64,000 nucleotides of DNA. Origin: Octopus sinensis. Taxonomy: Eukaryota. The translations under genes and the position numbers were made by a program. The stretch is from positions 60,698,001-60,762,000 of the forward strand of contig NC_042998.1 in assembly GCF_006345805.1 (NCBI RefSeq), given 5' to 3'. How positions within the stretch are numbered: the stretch's first letter is position 1; every line of letters starts with the position of its first letter. Positions 25,679-38,480 of this stretch are shown here, in pieces. Below the pieces are notes generated by a model. It saw only the letters and a program-made list of their open reading frames with translations, made no database searches and was not told the DNA's origin.

Positions 25679-26872
25679 CTGAAATAAATGAATAATCTTG
25701 GATGATGAGAATATTATGCATTATTAATAGTTAGTAGCTATACTATAAAATGATTTGTTTCCATGAAGTACAATTGATATCATAGCTAAATATTCGACTG
25801 AAACGATTAAAGTATATTAGTGATACTTTATTTCCTGTGGGGGTGAAGTACAGGAAAAGCAAACTAGACCCCAAAGTAAATCAAACATAAAAACAAGATT
25901 TAAGTAAATACTGTAATTCATAAAGCTGCTGCTTTGACCATCTTCACTATACTGGTAGTATTCTGAACCAGTGAAAGAACTGTTTTGTGGTTTGCTCAAC
26001 CAGCTAGAGATAACAGCTAAATATCTTTAAAATCAGAGCTCCTTTAAATTTAAAAAAGGAGGATAAATTTGCAGCCTCACTGATGACGTCCAATGAAACC
26101 ACAGAAATGATTTCATAACCAAAATCAGATGTCTCCCATCCACTCTTATGTTGCCCATTATCTATGATGGCAGTTTGTAATAAGTTTTTGATACTGTAGA
26201 ACTGCCTGGTGGTTTCTCCAACTGATGACACCTCTCAGGAGGCCAGATGTTTACATGACTGCACAGTTTCCTCTTTTAGATACATTATGTGTGAAGAAAA
26301 AAAGACTGGTGCAAAGAAATATCAACAAAAGAAAATAAAGCAATACAATGCAAAATATCAGTTCAGCCTAGAGAGGAGGCTCCCAGATCTCCAGACTACA
26401 CATCCTGTCCAGCAACATTACTCAAGAGATCCTTTGTTCAAATGCTGTCAACATATGGAAACACATGCACACACACATTTACAAACACACCCACACACAT
26501 ACATCTATAAAACATAAAAAAGATCTCCTTGGGTCATGAACAATCATGAAATTGCACCTAGAAAGTTACCCTCAGAGGCACAAGTCTGGACAAGGTTCTT
26601 TATGGAAGAACAGCATTCACCCATGCATACCAGCCTCTCCTCTCCATGCCACTGATTTTATCCAAGGGAAAGGCAAAGGCCAATACAGCTTGGCACCAGT
26701 CATGTCACAATTCATTTCTACAGCTGAGTGACTGGAGGCAATGTGAAATAAAGTGTCTTGCTGAAGAACACAACACACAACCTGGTTCAGGAATCGAACT
26801 CACTACCTCATGATTGTGAGCCCGGTGCTCTAACCACTGAGCCATTTAGTATTTCTCTACTGTGGTGTTTAC

Positions 26873-26967
26873 CTCAAAATTCTCTTTGGCAGAATCTCCT
26901 TCAACACTTTCATTTCCTTCTGGTGTAGATTTATCTTCTTCATTAACAGCAGTTTCAGGAACCACAG
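26873..26967 (-). CDS. DNAI1: DNAI1-like exon 7: (A)VVPETAVNEEDKSTPEGNESVEGDSAKENFE, phase 1-0
   Basis: ttttctttcag| acceptor, |GTAAAC donor. This acidic low-complexity linker has phases that exactly bridge exons 6 and 8. Confidence 0.8.
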
Positions 26968-27314
26968 CTGAAAGAAAATTAGGTTTTTCTTTTTAGTTTT
27001 TGTTTTGTTCTATGTTTAGATGTTCAAATTTAAGACACTACATTTCATTAACTCTCATTCCATCACACACACACATGTTTAATTAAAGTTTTTTTTTCTT
27101 TCTTTTTACTTTCCAATTTCAATCAACAGATTTTCTAAAGAATTTTAAATCGTAGACAATGAACAAGGTAAGCTACTATTGATGCAGTAGCTAGGGGCAA
27201 CTACTACAGCTTATGTCATAGGAAACAAAACGGAAAAAAAAAAATTTAAAGCATAAACCAGTTTTATACATTCACATAGTATAAGTCAAAGAATTTAACA
27301 TTTTAAGTTGCCGA

Positions 27315-27367
27315 TGTTGTTGTTGTTGTTGCTGCTGCTGCTGCTACTACTACTACTACTACTACTA

Positions 27368-27414
<47 letters not shown>

Positions 27415-27415
27415 G

Positions 27416-27447
<32 letters not shown>

Positions 27448-27464
27448 TCATTATTATATTTATC

Positions 27465-27530
<66 letters not shown>
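27315..27530. repeat. Compound triplet microsatellite (GTT)(GCT)(ACT)(ATT/ATC)
   Basis: Direct inspection. Confidence 0.95.
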
Positions 27531-27533
<3 letters not shown>

Positions 27534-28431
27534 TAGTTTTATTTTTATAGCGTGCTTTCACTTCACTGCCGAGTGCAGCTCTGTGTGGTGCCTTGGGTAT
27601 GTGCTGTGATTTGGTGTGATGCTTTGATGGTTACTGTATTGAAAGTGTTTTGCATAGAATGTGTGCAGTGCCCAGTAGTGCAATTTTCTGTATGTTATAT
27701 ATATTTGTAAGTCCTGGTGTTTTTGTTATGTATTTGTCTGAATATTTTTTTTATCATACCTAATGCGCCTACTGTGATAGGAATTGTTTCTGTTTATAGA
27801 TTCCACATTTGAGTTATTTCCAGGTATTTGTATTTTGAAAGTTTCTCCATTTCTTTTAGAGACACGTTGTCATCTGCTGGTATTGATACATCAATTAGAA
27901 AGTATTTTTTCTTTCATGATCTCTGACAACTATATCTGGCCTATTGGCCTTAATTTCTCTATCTGTGTGTATTGGCATATCCCAGAGTATGGTTACTTTC
28001 TCATTTTCAGTGACCTTTTCTGGTGTGTGCCTATACCATCTTTTTTCTGTTGTTATTCCATAGTGTTGGCATAGCTTCCAGTGTATGTAGGTCCCAACTC
28101 TGTCGTGTCTGTGAATATATTCCTTCTTAGCCAGGACTGGGGAGCCAGATATAATATGATTTATTGTTTCTTGTCCATCTCCACATATTCTGCAGTTACT
28201 TGTTATGTTTCTTTTCAGTATATGTTTCTGGTAATTTCTGGTGGGGAGGCTTTGGTTTTGTACTGCAATTAAAAATCCCTCCATCTCTGCTTTGAGTCCT
28301 GAGCTTCTCAACCATTGCTGGAATTTTTCTCTGTCTATATCTTTTACATTTAGTTTAGTCCAGTATTTGCCATAAAGGGGCTTTTCTTGCCATTATTTTA
28401 TCAGGGTCCATTGCTGTTCTAGTTATGTATG
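27531..28431 (-). mobile_element. 5'-truncated R4/Dong-clade non-LTR retrotransposon (CCHC plus REL endonuclease)
   Basis: ORF 27895..28311 has CRICG..ETINHII..RHD, LWD..IHTD..IKANRPDIV; both ends abut (TAA)n/(ATT)n tracts. Confidence 0.85.
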
Positions 28432-28445
28432 TTATTATTATTATT

Positions 28446-28994
28446 AAGCAGCCATATTCCTACCACTCTATGTCATGCTGGTGAGACCCATATTGGAGTA
28501 CGGGATTCAAGCCTCTTCTCCTTATCTCCTCAAAGACATACATCATCTCGAAAGAGTCCAGAAGCTGGCTACCTGCATGGTTCTTGGTCTCAAGCATTTG
28601 TCTTATGAAGAAAGGCTGAAGACGCTCGACCTTTATTCTCTAGAAAAACGACAACACCGTGGTGATCTCATTCTTGCTCACATCATAAGCGGAAAGTGTA
28701 ATTTCTCGAAAGAGCTGTTCTTCACTCCTGCTCCAGAGCATTGGCTGCGGGGTCACTCCGAAAAGCTCTATCTGCGACGATTTCATCTCAATCGAAGGAG
28801 CGGGGCTTTCTCCATCCGGGTTGCGGATTCGTGGAATAAGCTGCAAGACGAGATAGTAAAGATGCCGACGACCGCTCGGTTCAAGGTCTCTCTTGACCAG
28901 AAATGAACACCCTCCCTGTACATAACTCGATGTCCCCCTACATGGCCTTGCTTTTCACTTTTTGAGCTAAAAAATTAACTTAACTTAACTTAAC

Positions 28995-28996
<2 letters not shown>
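28446..28996 (+). mobile_element. CR1-clade LINE 3' fragment with (TAACT)4 tail
   Basis: LVRPILEY..SPY...LERVQ..AT..Y.ERL..L.LYSLE.R..RGDL and RGH..KL motifs (ORF 28475..28906). Confidence 0.85.
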
Positions 28997-29059
<63 letters not shown>

Positions 29060-29066
29060 GTTATAT

Positions 29067-29289
29067 AAGGTGGCAAGCTGGCAGAAATGTTAGCACACTG
29101 GGCGAAATGCTTAGTGGTATTTCGTCTGGCTTTATGTTTTGAGTTCAAATTCTGCTGAGGTCGACTTTGCCTTTCATCCTTTCGGTGTCAATAATTTAAG
29201 TACCAGTTTCGTACTGGGGTCAATCTAATCGACTGCCCCCGCCTCCCCAAAAACTTTGGGCTTTGTGCTTAGAGTAGGAAAGATTATTA
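29067..29289 (+). mobile_element. SINE family B (aaggtggc.agctggcagaa..gtcgactttgcctttcatcc..gtaccag)
   Basis: Many copies, e.g. 4884-5118(-), 6690-6905(-), 6935-7137(-), 19345-19545(+), 30500-30720(+), 43735-43930(+), 44540-44720(-). Confidence 0.8.
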
Positions 29290-29774
29290 GTTGGCAATAT
29301 CAGAGAAACAAAAGAGAAAATACTGAGCTGGATTCAGTTACATTCTTTTATATTGTGAGTTCAAACTCACCAACACCAAAGCTGAATTTGCTTTTCATCC
29401 TTCCTTGAGCAATAAAATATGTACCAGTAAAACACTGAAGTCAATTTAATCGACTAAATCTCTCTGCTAACATTTCTGGCCTCATACCTCTGTTATAAAG
29501 CATGAGTATATGTTGTCTCTGACATACTTGCTAATTATTGACTGTGCCATCACAGCTGGCTGTATAGTAGAGTTAGCATCACAAATATGTAGAGAGCAAT
29601 ATCTTAGCGGAAAAGGTAGTTTGTACCCCACTTGATGTGCCTTGCTGTATCTATTTATGGCTCTTAACACTCCTAACTCAAATTGCACTAGGGTTAATAA
29701 AATTAGCACAAATCTTTTATTGGCGTGCCTTCAATTAGCCATATACCTTCCCTACAAATTTTTCTCTGTGCAAC

Positions 29775-29823
<49 letters not shown>

Positions 29824-30196
29824 TTATTATTATTACTATTATTATCATCATTATTTCGATTATTATTTTTATCATCATCATTATTATTATAATGATTATT
29901 ATTAAGCCCCAGAGTCGATTACATCAACTAGCTACCTGCCCACCAAATTTTCAGGCTTTGTACCTGTAATAGAAAAAAATTATGGCTATTTGTTTTCATC
30001 TCTCGGTCATAGGTGTTATGCTAAATCATTCTGCTGGAAAGCAAGTCACATCCTGCGACTTTAGGCACCCAGTACCTTCTAAAGATTCTTGCTGTCACTA
30101 ACAAACAAGCTTTCTGCATAACAGAAGAGTTGATAACAGAAGAGTAGTTGATACAACCAAGATGTTCCTCAAACTTTTCAAAACATCTGCTTATGG

Positions 30197-30278
<82 letters not shown>

Positions 30279-30712
30279 TGTTTATTTACAAGTTGATTTC
30301 TTAATTTCACCGGAGTATAAATACCTATAATGGTGATACTTAAAAAGAATAATTAATGCAGTCGCATTAAAAAGCATGGGTAAGCAATGGATTGTAAGCC
30401 ACACTATAATTTGCGAAAGAAAATTTATGTGCACAGGTTATGCATCACCCTCTGATACCTTTTTCGTCATTGTCGTCATCATCATCATCATTATTACTAA
30501 GGAGGGGAGCTGGCAGAATCATTAGCATGCTAGGCAAAATTCTTAGCAGCATTTCATCTGTCCTTACGTTCGCAGTTCAAATTCCGCCATGGTCAACTTT
30601 GCCTTTCATCCTTTCAGGGTCAATAAATCAAGTACCAGTGAAACACTAGGATCAATGTAATCAACTAGTCCCCTGCCACCAAATTTCAGGCCTTGTACTT
30701 TTAGTAGAAAGG

Positions 30713-30745
<33 letters not shown>

Positions 30746-30782
30746 ATTATTATTATTATTATTATAATTATAATTATTATTA

Positions 30783-30823
<41 letters not shown>

Positions 30824-31223
30824 GGATGGTGGATCCACAGACTCACAAAAGTGTTGGAAAAATTGATTGTAATATTTGTCAAACAAACTGAGGTATGCAG
30901 TGTTATGTTCCTTGCTTTAGAATACGACAAAATTATCGTCATAAGATCTGAACTATTGACCTCATGTGATATGATGTAAATAATCCTTGTTAAATTACTG
31001 GATTGTTTTAATCATCTACATTTTGCCCCCAAAATGAGTGGCCTGCTTCCTTTATTAGAAATAAATAACCTTACATTTTGTATCAAAACCATTTTACTTA
31101 ACGTAATTCAAGACAGAATTCCTGAAGAGCTAGGAAAGCCAGTAATTTCTGAAAGAGTGCTTGTTTAGAGGTTTTTGTATTTTTTGTTGGGTGGGTAATT
31201 GAGAAAATAAGTTTGGTAAATAC

Positions 31224-31350
31224 CATCTGGAACATTCATTCGCGTAAGTTGTCGCCTTGCCTCATCGGTATCTTTATGGATGATGTTACCATCAAGAGTG
31301 AAATGGACAGCCAGTTGATCAACAGTTGAGATTGGTTTATACTGTCTTTC
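31224..31350 (-). CDS. DNAI1: DNAI1-like exon 6: ERQYKPISTVDQLAVHFTLDGNIIHKDTDEARRQLTRMNVPD, phase 0-1
   Basis: ctttttag| acceptor, G|GTATTT donor; conserved YKP...QLAVH...GN.I..D.DE.RRQ motif. Confidence 0.93.
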
Positions 31351-31394
31351 CTAAAAAGTGAAGACATTTATTATTATATCAATAACTAAATAAT

Positions 31395-31663
31395 GATTTC
31401 TTGAGCGAGGTTGTTGCCAGTGCTGCTGGACTGGCTCCTGTGCAGGTGGCACATAAAAAGCACCATTTGAGTGTGGCCATTGCCAGTACCACCAAACTGG
31501 CCCTTGTGCCGGTGGCACATAAAAGCACCCACTACACTCTTGGAGTGGTTGGCATTAGGAAGGGCATCCAGCTGTAGAAACTCTGCCAGATCAGATTGGA
31601 GTCTGATTTGCCAGACCTCAGTCAAATCGTCCAACCCATGCTAGCATGGAAAGCGGATGTTAA

Positions 31664-31697
<34 letters not shown>
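31395..31697 (+). mobile_element. SINE or LINE-tail family D ending in (GAT)n
   Basis: aagggcatccagctgtagaaac..catgctagcatggaaagcgga.gttaaa.gatgatgat; other copies at 4255-4455, 5880-6045, 18190-18315, 20045-20310, 21405-21730, 52635-52865. Confidence 0.75.
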
Positions 31698-32629
31698 CCA
31701 AAGTATATAATTCACATATGATGGAAATATATGAGGAAATATCAGTTCATTATTACCATCATTAACTCCATGTTCCACGGTGGTATAGGTTGCATGGTTT
31801 GATAGGATCTGATGTGTCCAAAGACTCCATCCTGCACCTGTATCTGCTTTGGCTCAGTTTCTGTGGCTGGATGTGCTTCCTAATGCCAACCACTCTACAG
31901 CGTGGGCTGGGTGCTTTCTATGTGCTACCTGGACTTTTGAAGTTACTACACGATTCACAGGAGGGTGAACTCTGGGGGTGTTAGGAGCTCACTTTCATGC
32001 TAGGGAATGAGGGGATTACTATAAGGGTGGAGGGGGAAAAGCAGCTTCTTGTAGAGGGATCTGCATGGCAATCACATCTAATATGGGAAAGGGAGACAGA
32101 AAAAGGAAAATGGTGAGTAGGAGATGCAAGAGATAGATAATAGTGATAAGATGCCCAGGTTGTCCCTCAATGTACAAACTGATTACAAGAGCATGGATGG
32201 GAGAGCTGTTGACAAGACTGTATGGGAAAGAGAATAAGGGGATAGGGGGATGACTGAAAAATGGGTAGGGCTGAAGAGTGGATAAACAAAGAGCTGGAGA
32301 AGACAAAAGGATACAGAAGAGGGTGGCTGGGAGAGGGAGTGGCAGGAGCAGTATTCTATTGGTCTTTTTGCATAACTGCTAAATTACAGGGACATAAACA
32401 CACCAACACCGGTTATCAAGTGGTGGTGGTGGGACAAACACAGTTACAAAGACACACACACACACACACACATATATATATGACAGGCTTCTTTACCAAA
32501 TCCTCTCACAAGGCTTTGGTCAGCCTGAGGCTATAGAAGAAGACACTTGTCCCAGGTGCTACACAGAAAGACTGAACATGGAACCATGTGGCTGGGAAGC
32601 AAGCTTCTTACTACACAGCCATGCCTGCA

Positions 32630-32662
<33 letters not shown>

Positions 32663-34169
32663 CAAATATCGATAAGGGTATATTAAATAGCATACAAAAT
32701 AAATTCTTGAATTCTTGAAATTTCTGCTTCCAGAGAAGTCAGACCAATCATTTGGTTACGGTTTTGTAGTAATTCCAAATGAGAAAAGAAGATAATGCTC
32801 CAAAATATTAAAAAAGAAAAGCATTAAGAAAAAGACAGTCTGGTTGTCTGAGGACAAAAGGACAACTGTGGACATGTGTTTCTGTCTCAATAGGTGTCAT
32901 CAGCACAGCAATTACTTGAAATGATGGATATGTGGGCTATGTTTATACATTTGGTTCACTACTTGAGTGTCATTATTATTTGATGACATTCAATTAGTCA
33001 GCCAATGTTCAGGTATGTTGTCCTGTGTGACTATCTCTTCAGTCTCCAGGTACATCTGTATACCTGCAGAGATACACTGGCCAGTTACCTGGGGCCTCAT
33101 TGATCTAAGGGCCCACTTCTGATCTAAGTATACTGTGGCTTGCTGTCAATAAACAAATACTATAAGTCTCTGTGCACTGATTTGCCCAAGGGCTTTTAAT
33201 ACCTGTTGCTGTGACTTGTAACTACACATTATAACTGCAACAACTGCAACAAATCAAATTTCCTAAATGGAACTTAGACTCACAACATTGCAGGAAATTT
33301 GTTAGTAATCTTCTATTTTAACATTGTACACAAGAGTTATTTTAATTCCTTTAGTAACAGTGAAATTCTAGCAGTGAAAGAGACAAGTTATATTAACGAT
33401 ACAGAAACATTGAAAACTACTTTCAACTTTTGAAATTTTTCATCTAGGTTAGAAATGAAATTACAATAAACAGCGAGAGAGCCAAAATTCTAAGAATAAT
33501 TCTATAACTGGATGGCAACAACAATATGATTGAATTGATTATCAAATCAGAAATAGATAGGAGGAGAAAAAGCACAACATAAACTTAAGAAAAACATAAG
33601 GCTTCACTAGATCAATATACCTCATTGTTGATAACAAAGACTTTTGGTAAAGAATCTTGGCACAAGAAATCTGATTATATGTTTTAGTAAGAGATGACTA
33701 CCATTGCAACAACAAAATGTACTTTTGTGTTTTGCTTTGTATTGTTTTTTTCACTTTTGTTTCTCTTTACATCTTTATATTCCATCAAACTTCTTCCTAT
33801 AGAATCACTTAATCTGCTAGAAATAGTAGCCAAATCACACTTCAAAACACACCCTACTGATTTATAAAAAGGAAGTACATATTGGATAATGTAGTCTTGG
33901 ATTCATTATGTTGATGGAATGATTATTGCTGGAATGAAAACGTTTAATCCTATGTTCATTTGATCTGGGACTGAGCAACAAACAGTAACAACATCCGGTG
34001 GTTTGGTGGCCTAGAAAATATATAGCAGCATGGAACATTCTTTGACCTCTCACACAGAAACACATACTCCTGCACACACATATATATATATATACATACA
34101 TATGTATGTGTGTGTGGTGGGGTATGTATGTGTGTGTATGTGTGTATGTATATGTATATAGATATATAG

Positions 34170-34205
<36 letters not shown>

Positions 34206-34353
34206 ATATATTATTGGTCAGCTGTCCATAGGTCAAAAGAAAGTCACACTGTAAAACAGAACTTGAGCATTTAAGGCATATAGCCAAATAATTGATCAGA
34301 AAGTTAAAATTGGTTTTGCATATATTATTGCACTTGCATAAATACTGCATAAT

Positions 34354-34503
34354 TGCATAAATACTGATAGAACAGCATATATAGAATAAAATCCTTTTAG
34401 ATCAGAAAAATTTGTCAGCAACCAGCCATGAACCACTGCTGACAAATTTTTCTGATCTAAAAGGATTTTATTCTATATATGCTATTCTATCAGTATTTAT
34501 GCA
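34354..34503. repeat. Hairpin: 67-bp arms, 16-nt loop, single mismatch
   Basis: 34354-34420 vs 34437-34503. The C/A mismatch on the plus strand becomes a G-U pair on the minus (DNAI1 sense) strand. Confidence 0.92.
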
Positions 34504-34849
34504 TTGAAAATAATATTTTTCCTACTTATACTGCAATGCATTTCAATGGTTCAAAAACAAACTTGTGTTTGTTTACATATGACGCAATTATATACGTTTT
34601 TATTATTTTTTTTCAGTTTACTTAATCATTGATATTTTATTGTTATTTTATTTTAATATTTTTATTATATGTAATTTTCTAGATGGTGTAATTTAATTGT
34701 TCATTTTGAATTGATGTTTTTTTCTAATTTCTTATATATATATATATTATATTGTGTGAAATTTGATTTAGTATTTCTAAATTGAATTTTTTTCCCTGTA
34801 AGTTTGGATTTATATTCCCTCAAATAATAATTATATATATATATTATAT

Positions 34850-34882
<33 letters not shown>

Positions 34883-34914
34883 TGTTTGTTTGTGTATGTA
34901 TGTATACACCTGTT

Positions 34915-35936
34915 CAGGGTGTGATGGGTAAATTGTCACCATTTCATATTTTAATTTCATGCATGTGCATTGTTTGTTTTTGATTTTGTTGACTACACAG
35001 GATAGTAGGATCAGTTATCTGTGAGAAAAACAGCACCATGATGCAATTCACTCAGCTAGAAATTTAGAAACAGCATGCTATACTGCTTGGTAATTGTACC
35101 AAAAGCTCCAATACGAACAGATGGTGAACACACAGAATAACTGTTGGCTTGCCATGTCCCTAAAACATGTACTGAGAGTGATGAAAATCAAACATCCAGC
35201 CAACATCATGGTGTTTGGAGTGATCACTACTGATGGTAATGTTACGTCTCTATTCACCTTCTCACACAGCCTCAGACTTAACACAGAGGCCTACATCAAG
35301 TGCTTGGAGGAAGTAGTGCTGCCCTGGGTCAAGAGGGTGGCTGCTGGAAGACCTTATGTCTGGCAACAGGACTCTGCACCAAGCAGGAGAACCCAGTCAT
35401 GGCTGTCAGACAATTTCTGCAACCACATCACTCCTAACATCTGGCTACCTAACTCACCAGACTGCAACCCCCTCAAAGATGAACTGAAGGCAAGGATTAT
35501 GGCAGTATTCACTAACTTAAACAAGGAGACAGTCCAGAAGAGTTTCAGGAGATTTCAAAGTCTTCTGGAGGCCATGGTTGAAGTCAGTGGCAATTTTATT
35601 GAATAAATTTACTATTTAGTATTTCAAGATATTTTAATGTAATTTTGGTAATACAGTTCTATATTTAAGAGATGAGGAATTATGTACATTATTTACATTA
35701 CTTACTGATGACAGATACCTTAGCAATGAGAACCCAGGTTCAAAATTTCCCCAAGACACCTGATGAAGGCAGGTGGGTATATCAGCTGAAAATTTGTGTT
35801 AACAACAAACAAGATGAGGATAAATATCTGTCAACTGTAAATAATGTAATTTTAGTAAATATAACTGTTAAAATGAGATATAAGTGTTATTTTCATTTTT
35901 GTGTAATTTAGATGACAATATATTCACCGCACCCAG
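34915..35936 (+). mobile_element. Tc1/mariner remnant of the same broad family as 14080, carrying a nested repeat
   Basis: ORF 35094..35606 has KHPANIMVFG, WQQDSAP, PNSPDCNPL and MVEVSGNFIE; degenerate TIRs at 34915 and 35911-35936. Confidence 0.82.
35755..35800 (+). ncRNA. Degenerate type I hammerhead ribozyme motif in a short repeat (about 35654-35848)
   Basis: Stem I GACAC/GTGTT, CTGATGA, stem II GGCAG..CAGCT (one mismatch), GAAA, palindromic AAATTT stem III. Confidence 0.55.
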
Positions 35937-36456
35937 TACATATGACCTTTTAGTGGCCTTGACCTTTAATATTTAAGTGTTCTTTCATCTTCTTTTACAT
36001 CTACATATATATGTACATATATACATATAAATATGTATGTATCTATGGGGTTTTTTAAATTTCTATGTAGCAAAATTACTTACAGGGCTTTGGGTAGCCC
36101 AAGGCTACAATAGAAGACATGTGCCCAGGGGCTTGCACAGTAGGATTGATCCTGAAACTATGTGATTGTGAAGTGAATTTCTTAGCTTACACATCCATGC
36201 TTAACCACATAGACATTCTCCCCCACCTCAAATGAAGTGTTCACATTTAACGTTAATCACATGAATTTTAACAAATGTCTCCTGATTTCTCAATATGATT
36301 GCAAAAGCTATGCATGCACACACTTCACTTTAGAAAAACTAAACAGATGTACACAATAGAAAAATGATTTAGAACAGAACAAAATACAACAAAAAAAATT
36401 ATGAAATATATGATGAATTAAATGAAAATCAAATTATCATTTTGTTTTTTTTTTTA

Positions 36457-36552
<96 letters not shown>

Positions 36553-37336
36553 TTATAAAGCACAGAGAACATTAAAAGCAGAATTTGTGTGTTAATAGAA
36601 ATAATTTTTTAAACAGTTTAATCATACACACATAAACTAATAACATTGACAGATTACCAGAGATTTAATTTTCTCTTGATTACTTTTCTGATTTTTTTTT
36701 TTTTGTGCTTGTTTTAGTAATTTTTGTATTTGTAATTAATTTATTGTCACAAAAGAGAAATTATTTTTTGTTGCCTAACAATGAATATCAAGGCTTAGTA
36801 GTTAGGGGTGTTGGACTCATGATCATAAGGTTGGGGTTTCAAATCTGGGACCAGGTGACATGTTGTGTCTTTGAGCAATATGCTGCATTTCACATTGCTT
36901 CATTCTACTCAGCAGAGTAATACAGCCCTTTTCAGCTCTATTTCTCTCTAGCTAGTGTATCTTTAATTTTCTTCATGTGCTGTGAGGGCTGAGAGAATAT
37001 TTATGTCAGCTCACCAATACAGAGGCACCTAGAACAGCTTGTTAAAGAATGATACATGCTAGAAGATCATACTCACTAGCAAGTGATGTGTATAACTATT
37101 TTTATGGGTGTATCTCAATCAAGGAAATCAATGGACACTTGTTGAATGTCTGCAGGCAATGACTTTAATGTGGAGTAGAATGCTACATTTTATTCATAAC
37201 ACACAATATGTAGTCAGAACTAGAATTTAAATTCAAAAGTAAGATAATAATAATAATAATAATAATACTAATACTAATAATAATATAATAATAATAATAA
37301 TTAATAATAATAATAATAATGATAATAATAATAATA

Positions 37337-37893
37337 AATGCCCTGATGCAGTACCAGACAGTAGCTCTCATGGCTTCTGTTCTTAACTGATTGGAAGTGT
37401 TATCATGTGCATTGTTTTGTCTTGGTATAAAGGATGAGCTACAGCAAATATTCTGCTCAATACCACAGATTTGCTTGTCAGTTGTTTGACCGTAACTAGT
37501 TGGGCACATCCCTCAGTGACTGACAATATATGCATATCTGATCACAAGCAGAAGTAGTGGGGGAGCATCATAGCCATGTGTTGAAAGGAATTCTTAGAGG
37601 TTTGGATAATTCACCTTTGGAAACATGCGTGGTTCGTTCAACATCCTTAAACAATCCTTATTCAGGGACCTTTTGAGCGGGATGGGCTACTCGACCAGAT
37701 GAAAGTTCTAACTGGGCCCCACCTGCAAGGTCATGCACTGTTTATCTTGATATGAAATCACCATGTCGTGCACATATGGTTGTGATGCATGTGCCTGGTG
37801 TACCCTTATCAGAGGGGTAGCCATGATGGGTATACTGGGCTTCATATATTTCACCCCAGTGTCACTTTGATGGCATGCACTGCTCCCTCACTC
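37337..37893. repeat. Unclassified ~557-bp interspersed repeat bounded by (AAT)n on both sides
   Basis: Complex, higher-GC block with sharp boundaries between two AAT microsatellites; no convincing ORF. Confidence 0.5.
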
Positions 37894-37926
37894 AATAATA
37901 ATAATAACAATAATAATAATAATAAT

Positions 37927-38480
37927 GAAATTATTGTATACAGTGCTCAGATGCACCACAACTTGTCAAAAGTGCATATAAAGCATATGCAGTAATGTAC
38001 AAATGTCTGGAAAGTGAATAGTGTATGAGTCAGATACATGCTTGCATGTGTATGGAGGGGAGAAAATCAGGTGTAGTGTTGGCGAATCTCAGGAAGCATG
38101 GAAGTTCTGAAGGATGCAGTGCTCCGACAACTAATAACTGATGCCGGCAGTTTGTTCCATACTTCAGCAACTCTTAGCGTGAAAAAATGTTTCCGAAAGT
38201 CATGGGAGCTGTGCTGTTTTCTGACTTTGTAAACATGTCCATGGGTGTTAGACAGGTGGAGTTTGAAAAGGGGCTCAGAGTTACTTTTAGTAAGATGACT
38301 AATAATTTTATAGGTGTCTGCCAAGTCAGCTGTCAGATGTCAGAGTTTCAATGTATCCAAGCCCAGTGAAGTAAGGCATTCAGAATACGGCAAATGACTG
38401 ATGGAGGGTATTCTCTTGGTTGCTTGAATCCAATACGAACAAGGAACACTAACTCTGACGCTGGACTGACTTCTCTTGAC
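37927..38480 (-). mobile_element. CR1/L2-type LINE 3' fragment
   Basis: THGHVYKV...HFFTLRVAEVWNKLP motif (ORF 38067..38324); 3' end runs into (AAT)n. Confidence 0.8.

Noticed and set aside
26080-26110. CTGATGA...GAAAC on the plus strand
   Set aside because: No stem II or stem I pairing; chance match.
29482-29709. Minus-strand ORF with a GTATGT donor as a possible extra DNAI1 exon
   Set aside because: No dynein IC similarity; exons 6 and 7 already join in phase.
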